A stretch of DNA of 41,337 bases from a virus, in the IMG/VR virus record IMGVR_UViG_3300038829_000038, positions 1 to 41,337 of that record, one strand, 5' to 3'. A program made the position numbers and the translations under genes. The notes under the pieces were generated by a model. The model searched no databases. It saw nothing but the letters and a program-made list of their open reading frames with translations, and was not told the origin of the DNA. This document shows, piece after piece, positions 1-6,637 of the stretch; within the stretch, counting starts at the first letter, position 1; each line of letters opens with the position of its first letter.

Positions 1-94
1 ATGCGCCGCCCCCTTGAGGCATGTACGCCCCACAGTATTGACAAATATACCCACCATACTGTTGAGACATACGAACAGGATGACTGCATGCCAC
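1..94. repeat. Direct terminal repeat, left copy (identical to 41244-41337)
   Basis: Read directly. Both ends spell atgcgccgcccccttgaggcatgtacgcc...caggatgactgcatgccac. This implies a closed circular assembly or terminal redundancy with a unique length of 41243 bp. Confidence 0.95.
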
Positions 95-103
95 TGTGCT
101 CAT
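1..103 (-). CDS. 35-aa zinc-ribbon mini-protein crossing the linearisation point (5' part here; last 5 nt and the stop are at 41243-41239)
   Basis: ATG at 103 follows GGGAGGTGAtagca. The hand translation across the joined ends is MSTVACSHPVRMSQQYGGYICQYCGAYMPQGGGAS, with stop TAA at 41241-41239. It shows a C-x-H ... C-x-x-C pattern. Confidence 0.45.
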   Translation of the reverse strand, partial: MSTVACSHPVRMSQQYGGYICQYCGAYMPQGGGA

Positions 104-117
104 TGCTATCACCTCCC

Positions 118-154
118 TTCATGCTCCCTGTGAAGTGGCGAGGGCGACTTATAC
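118..154 (-). promoter_or_regulatory. Duplicated leader/promoter-proximal element, copy 1 (twin at 41115-41154)
   Basis: 118-144 is identical to 41115-41141 (ttcatgctccctgtgaagtggcgaggg), followed by a gapped match. On the minus strand it reads TATAAG(153-148)..GCCCTCGCCacttcacAGGGAGcatgaa, directly 5' of the ATG at 103. Confidence 0.4.
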
Positions 155-237
155 AGTAGAAATACTGCTAGGGTTCATTCACCTTTCGGCTCTCCCCCAC
201 GGTGGCGCCCCTCGCCGTGCTTCGCTTGAACTATGCG

Positions 238-516
238 TTACAAAATCTCGTTCAAATTATCAATCTGTGCATGAAGACGGATGCAGAAGTTACGAATATC
301 AACCGTTGCTTCAAGCACGCCGAAGTTCGGTGGTGAACCAGCTATGGATGCTTCAGGAATAGGGTTAGACGTAATCCGACCCGTTAGATACTCGATCTTA
401 CCTTCAAGCGATTTTAAAGCAGTCAATGCCTCGTTCGCTATCGTCGTTATTGAATCCTGTTTAGTTGTCTTGGGCTTGTCAAGCTGAACGCCCTGCACTG
501 CATTATATGCACTCAT
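238..516 (-). CDS. Hypothetical protein (92 aa)
   Basis: ORF-track ORF. ATG 516 is preceded by AAGGAGGacaact. No motif recognised. Confidence 0.6.
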   Translation of the reverse strand: MSAYNAVQGVQLDKPKTTKQDSITTIANEALTALKSLEGKIEYLTGRITSNPIPEASIAGSPPNFGVLEATVDIRNFCIRLHAQIDNLNEIL

Positions 517-566
517 AGTTGTCCTCCTTGGTTAGGTACCGCACTCGCCCTGCTTCGCCAGTCTCG

Positions 567-716
567 CTACCTTTCGTCTTCCTCAATTGACTCCCCCCGC
601 TCCAGCAATTCCACCCTGAGCATCAACTCGATCAATTCCCTGTCTGGCATTTTGTGCGTGTCCTCTTCCTGCTGCACTCGTCGCTGCACTTCGGCATTGA
701 GTTCTGATCGTGTCAT
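567..716 (-). CDS. Small acidic hypothetical protein (49 aa, below the track cutoff)
   Basis: Hand translation is MTRSELNAEVQRRVQQEEDTHKMPDRELIELMLRVELLERGESIEEDER. ATG 716 is preceded by AAAGGAGGctaac. Confidence 0.5.
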   Translation of the reverse strand: MTRSELNAEVQRRVQQEEDTHKMPDRELIELMLRVELLERGESIEEDER

Positions 717-731
717 GTTAGCCTCCTTTGG

Positions 732-1109
732 TTAAAGCTCCGCCAGCGAGACGCTACAACGCGGTCGATTCGGCTGTACGGGAAACGTCGTCCACTGGAC
801 ACACTTGACTTGAGCATCATCCCGCACGAGCCCGACCTTCTCGATCAAATGGCACAGGGCATCGAGCAACCCAGGCACATCCCGGCGTATGTTATCGCCA
901 GGGACATAATCCACGGTCATCGTGACAGGGCCAGAGAATTCAGTCACCGGGTACGGGATCTTCCCCATCGCCTCATCCCGCCACGCCTTGAACCGCTTCC
1001 CAGGATACCGCTTGCCCGTGCGGGTAATCTGTACCGCGTTCTTCCCGCTTGGGATTTGACAATCGAGGATGAACATGTATGGCAGATCTACTATGATCTC
1101 CCTTTTCAT
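732..1109 (-). CDS. rusA: RusA-type Holliday junction resolvase
   Basis: IRRDVPGLLDALCHLIEKVGLVRDDAQV matches the RusA core (RRRDLDNL..AFDAL...G...DDAQV in E. coli RusA). I moved the start to MKREIIV (ATG 1109), which overlaps the erf stop as ATGA. Confidence 0.8.
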   Translation of the reverse strand: MKREIIVDLPYMFILDCQIPSGKNAVQITRTGKRYPGKRFKAWRDEAMGKIPYPVTEFSGPVTMTVDYVPGDNIRRDVPGLLDALCHLIEKVGLVRDDAQVKCVQWTTFPVQPNRPRCSVSLAEL

Positions 1110-1861
1110 GACGGCACCCACTCCTCGCACGGTACACCCGTATCTTTGCAGGATTGCTGGAACTCCTTGATGAAGCTCACCCGAGCCTCACCTTGCAGGT
1201 CAGACACCATGCCAATTGCGAGCGCCTCTTTGAGCTGGGTAATCACGTTCATCCGGTCAGGATCGTCGCTCGCGTAGTCGAGGAAGGCTTCCCAGTCGAG
1301 GGGTGGAGCGGCATCGCTCGGCGTGGCCTTCTTCGGTGTTTGCAGGGCTTGCATCTTCTTGGCGTTTGCGGCACGAGCGGCAGGCACCGCAGACGGTTTA
1401 GTGGCCGCCAGCACCTCGTCCGTGTGTGCATCCGCGTCATTGTCGCCTTCCGTCGGGATGCAGAAGGTTTGGATCACTGCATATTTATAGGCCGCACTCA
1501 TGCTTTTATTGCAACCCTTGTCCCCGCTATCCATCGCCTCTCCATAGGTTCTAACTGTGTGAGAGCTACCATCAGCAGCGCACACGAAATCGAACTCTGC
1601 CGTGATGGTTGTATAGAACAGAGGAGACCCACTCTTAGACATTCGCTCCACGCATTCCTTTGACAAGATCCGAGGGAGGATACACAACCCATGCTTCGAG
1701 AGGAATGGAGCTAATGCATTATAAACATCGTCGATGCCTCTAAATTTATAAGTAGCCCCCTGGGTGCATGTCTTATCTTTCGCAATCCCTTCTTTCGCAA
1801 GTTCTCCTTGAACTGCAACGATAGCCTTATACACACCTGTCTTATCTGTCTTGTCATCCAT
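1106..1861 (-). CDS. erf: ERF-family single-strand annealing protein
   Basis: YKFRGIDDVYNALAPFLSKHGL and GEAMDSGDKGCNKSMSAAYKYAVIQTFCI resemble the conserved blocks of P22 Erf. The C-terminal tail is acidic. Confidence 0.8.
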   Translation of the reverse strand: MDDKTDKTGVYKAIVAVQGELAKEGIAKDKTCTQGATYKFRGIDDVYNALAPFLSKHGLCILPRILSKECVERMSKSGSPLFYTTITAEFDFVCAADGSSHTVRTYGEAMDSGDKGCNKSMSAAYKYAVIQTFCIPTEGDNDADAHTDEVLAATKPSAVPAARAANAKKMQALQTPKKATPSDAAPPLDWEAFLDYASDDPDRMNVITQLKEALAIGMVSDLQGEARVSFIKEFQQSCKDTGVPCEEWVPS

Positions 1862-2390
1862 TACAGCGCCCCTCCCATATCTTTAGATATTCAACAACCG
1901 AACGTAGCCAGTCCTTATTTCTCTCAACGCTGTGCAGCGAGACATTGCAATGGTGACACAGAAGACCTCTGTTGCACTTCCCGCAAGTCGGAGTCTTTGC
2001 GCAGCATGAATGATCGTGGTCTACGGCAAACATCCTTTTTGATTTGCTTGCTAGTGATCCACAGATTGCACAGCTTGATCGCTGTTCTGATAGCTTCGCT
2101 TCGTACTGCTCGCGCGTTACCCCGTAGAGAGCCTTAAGCCTCGGCCACCGCATTGTTTCGTATGTGTATTTCGCCCTTCGTGCGGCATTGAGTTCCATTC
2201 TTTTACGCTCGTATCTCAGCCGACGAGTAGCGTTAAGTTTGTCAGGATTCTCTTTTTGCCATGCCACGCTCGCTGCATGGTGGCAGGCTTTGCAAAAAGA
2301 AGAGTACCCATCCTTGTTTCTCGTGTCCTTTTTCATTTCAGATGGCCCCTTGAACTGCTTGCATCTCCTACATGTTTTCCATGTCTTCAT
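1854..2390 (-). CDS. Endonuclease VII-type Holliday junction resolvase with an extra N-terminal zinc finger
   Basis: CAICG..FAVDHDHSCC....CGKCNRGLLCHHCNVSL is the T4 endonuclease VII core. GGAGGT lies 7 nt upstream of ATG 2390. GC looks lower than in neighbouring genes. Confidence 0.8.
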   Translation of the reverse strand: MKTWKTCRRCKQFKGPSEMKKDTRNKDGYSSFCKACHHAASVAWQKENPDKLNATRRLRYERKRMELNAARRAKYTYETMRWPRLKALYGVTREQYEAKLSEQRSSCAICGSLASKSKRMFAVDHDHSCCAKTPTCGKCNRGLLCHHCNVSLHSVERNKDWLRSVVEYLKIWEGRCNG

Positions 2391-2444
2391 GAATTAACCT
2401 CCAAGTAAAGCGTAGCTTAAGAATACGCCATGCCTAGAGATAAG

Positions 2445-3008
2445 TCAACCACCCTCACGCCATTGCAGTATCGACAATCCATTCTGGAACGCGGCCCAAT
2501 CTCTCGCGCTGGGCTTCACGGGCTTGAACTGAAATTTCCCATCAGCTCCGACGTACAAAAGCCACATCTTCGCCGCCTTATCCAGCATCTTCTGATAGCC
2601 GTGGATCTGTACCCGGTGCCACTTTTCAGGATCACCGGTCTTCAGATCCATCACCCCAAACTCATCGTTGATCGATCCGATAAAGTCAGGCCGTCCGGCA
2701 AATGGGCCTGTCTTGTGCTTCATGATCCGCTCGATTGACGACGGTACCGGCTTTGTCCATGCGATGAAATCCGTCATGGCCTTGTAGTAGCCTGCGTAAT
2801 GCTCTGGCACGTCAGGCGCGTCACAGAGCCCCGCGTAATGGCCCACCTCGAGCGCGAAGATGTCGTGCAGGTCTTGCCCTCGTTCCGCCGCACCAGGCGC
2901 GTAGTAATCGCACCCGCCAGAGACCACAGAGCACACTTGGCTAACCGACCAGTACCGGCCCTTGTCGTCGCCGTAGTGCCGTGGCTTGTCGCGATCAACG
3001 CTGAGCAT
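2445..3008 (-). CDS. PD-(D/E)XK (Cas4/RecB-like) exonuclease
   Basis: RPDFIG-x8-MDLKTG followed by QIHGYQ gives D...(D/E)xK plus QxxxY. Start set at MLSVDR (ATG 3008, GGTGAGGA upstream). The longer track ORF would overlap the upstream gene. Confidence 0.65.
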   Translation of the reverse strand: MLSVDRDKPRHYGDDKGRYWSVSQVCSVVSGGCDYYAPGAAERGQDLHDIFALEVGHYAGLCDAPDVPEHYAGYYKAMTDFIAWTKPVPSSIERIMKHKTGPFAGRPDFIGSINDEFGVMDLKTGDPEKWHRVQIHGYQKMLDKAAKMWLLYVGADGKFQFKPVKPSARDWAAFQNGLSILQWREGG

Positions 3009-3009
3009 G

Positions 3010-3765
3010 CTATTCCTCACCTTCTCCTGATCCAGGTATAGCCAAATACTCATAGTGCTTCATGACAAAATACTCCATCATGGTCATAAATTCTTCCATG
3101 ATGTATTTCTTGACCCCTAACGGTTCATCCGGTTTCATCTGCGCGGTTAGGTCTGACAGAAATGCCGTATCAATGCCCTGCAACTGGCGGCGCAAGTCGG
3201 CGTAGTTGTCCATCTTCAAGGAGTGAATTGACAGGCCGATTTTTAGGAGTTCAATACCCGTAATGAAAAACCCTTTCTTGACGTACTTCATCACGCGCAA
3301 CATCGAGCAGATCGGAAACATCGTGCCAGTATGGAACACTAATCTCCGTTGCCCGATATGCTTAAAGAAGTCGTCTCCAAAAACAAACCCTTCTTCTTTG
3401 CCGTCTTCACGGAATTGGTACGCTGCCATGCAGACAGTGAAATCGTAGTAATTAAAGATGGTTTTCGGATCTCCGAAGAGATCAGGCATGACAATCAACT
3501 GATACGGCTTCTCCTGCTTGCCGAGATGGTAGCTCTTGGACGTGTCTGTTTCGTTTGCTAATGTCCCATTGATTCCAAACCACGTCACGGCCTGGTGACA
3601 GTCTTTCGCATCCCTGAAATAGATGTCCCAATCTCGGATCTTCTGCCCTGTGAAAAGCGCTGTAATCGCACCGCCTGCGATAATCGCATTGCAGGAACGA
3701 AGGCCCTTGATTCCTTCAGGGCCAAGGTATTTGAGCAATAAGTACTCTTCTCGTTTCGTGTTCAT
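3010..3765 (-). CDS. Nucleotidyltransferase-fold protein (distant CCA-adding/poly(A) polymerase head-domain-like)
   Basis: IIAGGAITALFTGQKIRDWDIYF fits hG[GS]-x9-13-Dh[DE]h. YYDFTVCMAAY resembles the RRDFTINA block. AAAGGGG lies upstream of ATG 3765. My hand count of 3301-3400 gives 45% GC, against 54% for 9601-9700. Confidence 0.45.
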   Translation of the reverse strand: MNTKREEYLLLKYLGPEGIKGLRSCNAIIAGGAITALFTGQKIRDWDIYFRDAKDCHQAVTWFGINGTLANETDTSKSYHLGKQEKPYQLIVMPDLFGDPKTIFNYYDFTVCMAAYQFREDGKEEGFVFGDDFFKHIGQRRLVFHTGTMFPICSMLRVMKYVKKGFFITGIELLKIGLSIHSLKMDNYADLRRQLQGIDTAFLSDLTAQMKPDEPLGVKKYIMEEFMTMMEYFVMKHYEYLAIPGSGEGEE

Positions 3766-3766
3766 T

Positions 3767-4381
3767 TCAACCCCTTTGTGTGTAGATGTATTCCTCGCGT
3801 ATAGTCACATCGGCCCGACCATCCAACATCCCGGTTTTGGCCAGCGCGTTGAACCGTGGCATGTTCAGATCAAACAGATTCGGGAATGCTTTCATGAGTG
3901 AGTCCAGGTCCTTCGGTTCGTACACCTTCTTGACCGTCCTCGTTTGTGTGGTCCCCGCTTGCGTCTCTATGCTCTTCGGTGGAGCCTGCACCACCGGCGC
4001 TACCTTCAAGACCACCTCTGAGAGATCTTTCCCTTTCTCATCGGCCTTGGCCAACTTCTTGGCGTTGTCGGCGTCAATCTTCGCCTGGATCTTGGCTTGC
4101 TCCATCCTGGCGAGCCGATCCTGCTCACGGTCCCATTCGCTCATCGCCGCCTGCATCTTCTTTTCAGCCGCCTCGCATTTCTTGATAAACTCATCAAACG
4201 GCACTTTGGCATTGTCCCAGGCGGTCTTAAGTGGCCGGCAGGTTGTCTCCTTGTTCGCCTCTTCCTGTTTCCGAAAGGCTCTGATTGCGTCCCATAGGTC
4301 CGCCGCCTTTTGCCGATCCGGCGCCACTTTGACCGTGAGCGCGTTTGCCTTTTCCAGTAGTGCAATTGCCTTGCTATCCAT
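3767..4381 (-). CDS. Hypothetical coiled-coil protein (204 aa)
   Basis: Long ORF rich in K/E/A. Position 4393 in the track is a GTG; the first ATG is at 4381. Confidence 0.6.
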   Translation of the reverse strand: MDSKAIALLEKANALTVKVAPDRQKAADLWDAIRAFRKQEEANKETTCRPLKTAWDNAKVPFDEFIKKCEAAEKKMQAAMSEWDREQDRLARMEQAKIQAKIDADNAKKLAKADEKGKDLSEVVLKVAPVVQAPPKSIETQAGTTQTRTVKKVYEPKDLDSLMKAFPNLFDLNMPRFNALAKTGMLDGRADVTIREEYIYTQRG

Positions 4382-4399
4382 AAGAACACCCACATTTAG

Positions 4400-4630
4400 T
4401 TAAAAGAAATAGTCCGCTGTCCGATCCGCCTCTCGTGCCTCAAACCTGGCCCGATCACCCTCATACACCCCCGAGCGATGCTTGAGAATGAAATCTTCAA
4501 GCGCCTCCGCTGCCCACGTCGAGGGTTTGGTCTGGCTCTTTTGGGCCTCCGCGATGATCCGCTTTACCACCCACGGTTTTGTGATCGTGATACTCTCCCC
4601 CGTTTCGTATCCGATCTTTGGTCGTCCCAT
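4400..4630 (-). CDS. Possible ribbon-helix-helix DNA-binding protein (76 aa)
   Basis: The N-terminus MGRPKIGYETGESITITKPWVVKRI (basic stretch then a beta-strand) followed by helices is RHH-like. The start shares TAATG with the upstream mini-gene. Confidence 0.4.
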   Translation of the reverse strand: MGRPKIGYETGESITITKPWVVKRIIAEAQKSQTKPSTWAAEALEDFILKHRSGVYEGDRARFEAREADRTADYFF

Positions 4631-4752
4631 TATTTCACCCCCAGTTTTGTGAGCTTTTTGAGCAACGCCTTGGCCTTATTGGTGTTGTTGCTTTGGGTTG
4701 TGGCACGGCGTCTCACCTTCTCGCCACCTAAACATTTTATCTTTTTGCTCAT
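4630..4752 (-). CDS. Very basic 40-aa mini-protein (below the track cutoff)
   Basis: Hand translation is MSKKIKCLGGEKVRRRATTQSNNTNKAKALLKKLTKLGVK. It is coupled at both ends: TGATG at 4750-4754 and TAATG at 4628-4632. Confidence 0.4.
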   Translation of the reverse strand: MSKKIKCLGGEKVRRRATTQSNNTNKAKALLKKLTKLGVK

Positions 4753-4940
4753 CACCATCCCATCTCCTTGAGTTTCTTAGCGAACCTCACGCCCATCCTG
4801 GTGCTCGCCGCCTTCACCCGCTGTGTGTTGCGCGGTTGCGTAAACCTCGTGACCACCGGCTTACGGTTCACGAGGTAGCCGGAATCGTGCCGGTCCAATC
4901 CAAGAAAGTTATCGGCAAACATGTAGCGAAAATATCTCAT
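4752..4940 (-). CDS. Hypothetical basic protein (62 aa)
   Basis: ATG 4940 overlaps the upstream stop (TGATG). No motif recognised. Confidence 0.5.
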   Translation of the reverse strand: MRYFRYMFADNFLGLDRHDSGYLVNRKPVVTRFTQPRNTQRVKAASTRMGVRFAKKLKEMGW

Positions 4941-5185
4941 CACTCCATCCCCTTTCGCCTCGAATTCGCTTTCCAGTCGCGAAAGATCTGCTCACGGTAG
5001 TATTCAGTCCGTACCATCTCGTGATATTCCCGCCACAGATCCCGCACCACCCACCAGAGCACCCACGCCAGAAGCACCTTCAGAAGTTGCCCCACCGCCA
5101 CGAGGCCGCCGACAAGAAATGCAGTCAAGCCGCCGATCCAGAAGGCGAGCAAGATGAGCCCTTCAAACCATGTCAGGCGCGTCAT
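4940..5185 (-). CDS. Small membrane protein (81 aa, two predicted TM helices)
   Basis: MTRLTWFEGLILLAFWIGGLTAFLVGGLVAVGQLLKVLLAWVLWWVV. ATG 5185 overlaps the pentapeptide gene stop as ATGA. Confidence 0.6.
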   Translation of the reverse strand: MTRLTWFEGLILLAFWIGGLTAFLVGGLVAVGQLLKVLLAWVLWWVVRDLWREYHEMVRTEYYREQIFRDWKANSRRKGME

Positions 5186-5952
5186 GGTTTCACCCCGGCA
5201 AACGCCCCACGCATATTCGCCAACCACTGATCGATCCAGTCCAGCGCCAGCTTGGCCGCTTGCGAGGTCTCAGGCGTGTCACCTGGTTTGATCGCAAGGA
5301 AGAACCGCTCGGCTGGACGGTTGCTATTAGGCGAGAGTGAGGGAATGTCGTTATAGGTACAATGACGAGCCTTAGCGAGCGTCCCGACGAGGCAGGCGCA
5401 GGCCCCTTTGTACGTGCTCCCATCAATCTTACCATCGAGAATGGCCTGCCGGAGTTCAGCCACCTCAGCAGGGGACGCTGAGAGCACCGCCCAAATGTCA
5501 TCACGGATAGGGGTGAGATTAGCGCCCCTGAGAGAAGCACCCGTGAGAGTAGCGTACGTGAGAGAAGCACCCGTGAGAGAAGCACCCGTGAGATTAGCGT
5601 CCCTGAGAGAAGCGCCCCTGAGATCAGCGTCTCTGAGATCAGCGTCTCTGAGATCAGCGCCACTGAGATCAGCGTCTCTGAGATCAGCACCCGTGAGAGC
5701 AGCGCCCGTGAGAGTAGCGCCCGTGAGATCAGCACCCGTGAGATTAGCGCCCCTGAGAGTAGCGCCCCTGAGATCAGCGCCCCTGAGATCAGCACCCGTG
5801 AGAGTAGCGTACGTGAGATTAGCGCCCCTGAGAGTAGCGTCCCTGAGAGAAACGCGATTTTCAACCGCCGCTTCTACTGCGAGCCGTAGTGACTCCGTTT
5901 CGAGGACAAACATCACCTTAAATGACAAATGAGATCGAATTTCAACCTTCAT
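5182..5952 (-). CDS. Pentapeptide-repeat protein (about 22 near-ideal A[DNTS]L[RT][GDY] units plus a ~100-aa C-terminal domain)
   Basis: Repeats run ...SLRDATLRGANLTYATLTGADLRGADLRG... and are encoded by a 15-bp periodicity at about 5512-5850. ATG 5952 (MKVEIRS) shares TAATG with the upstream gene, and GAGGAG lies upstream. Confidence 0.85.
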   Translation of the reverse strand: MKVEIRSHLSFKVMFVLETESLRLAVEAAVENRVSLRDATLRGANLTYATLTGADLRGADLRGATLRGANLTGADLTGATLTGAALTGADLRDADLSGADLRDADLRDADLRGASLRDANLTGASLTGASLTYATLTGASLRGANLTPIRDDIWAVLSASPAEVAELRQAILDGKIDGSTYKGACACLVGTLAKARHCTYNDIPSLSPNSNRPAERFFLAIKPGDTPETSQAAKLALDWIDQWLANMRGAFAGVKP

Positions 5953-6107
5953 TACTTCCACTCCTCTAGCAAGGCATCGAGTCTTTTCAGCTCTTGCTGC
6001 TCTTCTGGATTAAACATATCCTTATCTGCGCGATTGACGAATGTGACCCCCTCTTCGATCAACACCAACCGCATATACTTCTTGAGTAATACGTAGTGAT
6101 CCATCAT
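5952..6107 (-). CDS. Hypothetical 51-aa protein (below the track cutoff)
   Basis: Hand translation is MMDHYVLLKKYMRLVLIEEGVTFVNRADKDMFNPEEQQELKRLDALLEEWK. AAGGAGG lies upstream, and the start overlaps the upstream stop as ATGA. Confidence 0.5.
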   Translation of the reverse strand: MMDHYVLLKKYMRLVLIEEGVTFVNRADKDMFNPEEQQELKRLDALLEEWK

Positions 6108-6256
6108 GCCTCCTTCTCGTCTTGGATTTTCGCATCAGCATAGAGGTCAATAACATCAAGACTGCATTCACGGCAGAGTCTTTGATGATACACTGGCGCA
6201 TCGCACATCTCGCAATAGTACCCCTCATCGTCAATCCACTGCTCAGGTACGCTCAT
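6104..6256 (-). CDS. 50-aa zinc-ribbon mini-protein (below the track cutoff)
   Basis: Hand translation is MSVPEQWIDDEGYYCEMCDAPVYHQRLCRECSLDVIDLYADAKIQDEKEA. ATGA overlaps occur at both ends. Confidence 0.5.
   Translation of the reverse strand: MSVPEQWIDDEGYYCEMCDAPVYHQRLCRECSLDVIDLYADAKIQDEKEA
6110..6147. repeat. 38-nt exact repeat, copy 1 (twin at 7027-7064)
   Basis: ctccttctcgtcttggattttcgcatcagcatagaggt occurs at both sites. On the minus strand it encodes ..LYADAKIQDEKE plus the AAGGAG Shine-Dalgarno of the next gene. Confidence 0.9.
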
Positions 6257-6588
6257 GGCTTCCCCTTAAACATAATAGGCCGTGTTGGGCATAAATCGTT
6301 ATCCGCGTGTATCCACCAACGCCCTTTCGGCCACTCACCCTCGTAATGACAATCGAAAATGCCTGTGCTGCCAGGTTCGATCACATGGAATATCGATCCA
6401 TCCTTAGGGCAATACGATGCATCCCGCCACCCTAGCTCTTTCAGTCGTATCCACGCCTCAAACATGGTGTTGATGGCGTCTTGCTCCGTTGGCATTTTCA
6501 ATGCTCGCTGCGTATCGTCTTTCTGGATATTATCAAGCAGAATCTTGGCATCGTTATAATTTAGTTTCCTTTCATGCACGGTACTCAT
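6253..6588 (-). CDS. Hypothetical protein (111 aa)
   Basis: Start set at MSTVHERK (ATG 6588, AAGGTG upstream). The longer track ORF would run into the repeat gene. Confidence 0.6.
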   Translation of the reverse strand: MSTVHERKLNYNDAKILLDNIQKDDTQRALKMPTEQDAINTMFEAWIRLKELGWRDASYCPKDGSIFHVIEPGSTGIFDCHYEGEWPKGRWWIHADNDLCPTRPIMFKGKP

Positions 6589-6637
6589 CGCTGCACCTTT
6601 AGATTTGTAATCCAATCTTTGAGTTCTTTGGCTTTCA

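Noticed and set aside
38-43. Perfect TTGACA -35 hexamer (also at 41281-41286) as a rightward promoter
   Set aside because: No acceptable -10 lies at 16-18 nt (gttgag at 17 nt). It also lies inside the wrapped 35-aa ORF. I did not call it.
6372-6390. ggttcgatc, a tRNA T-loop-like word; general search for tRNA/ncRNA genes in the non-coding gaps
   Set aside because: No complementary T-stem or acceptor stem surrounds it, and it is inside a CDS. No cloverleaf candidate was seen in any intergenic gap. A tRNAscan run should still confirm this.
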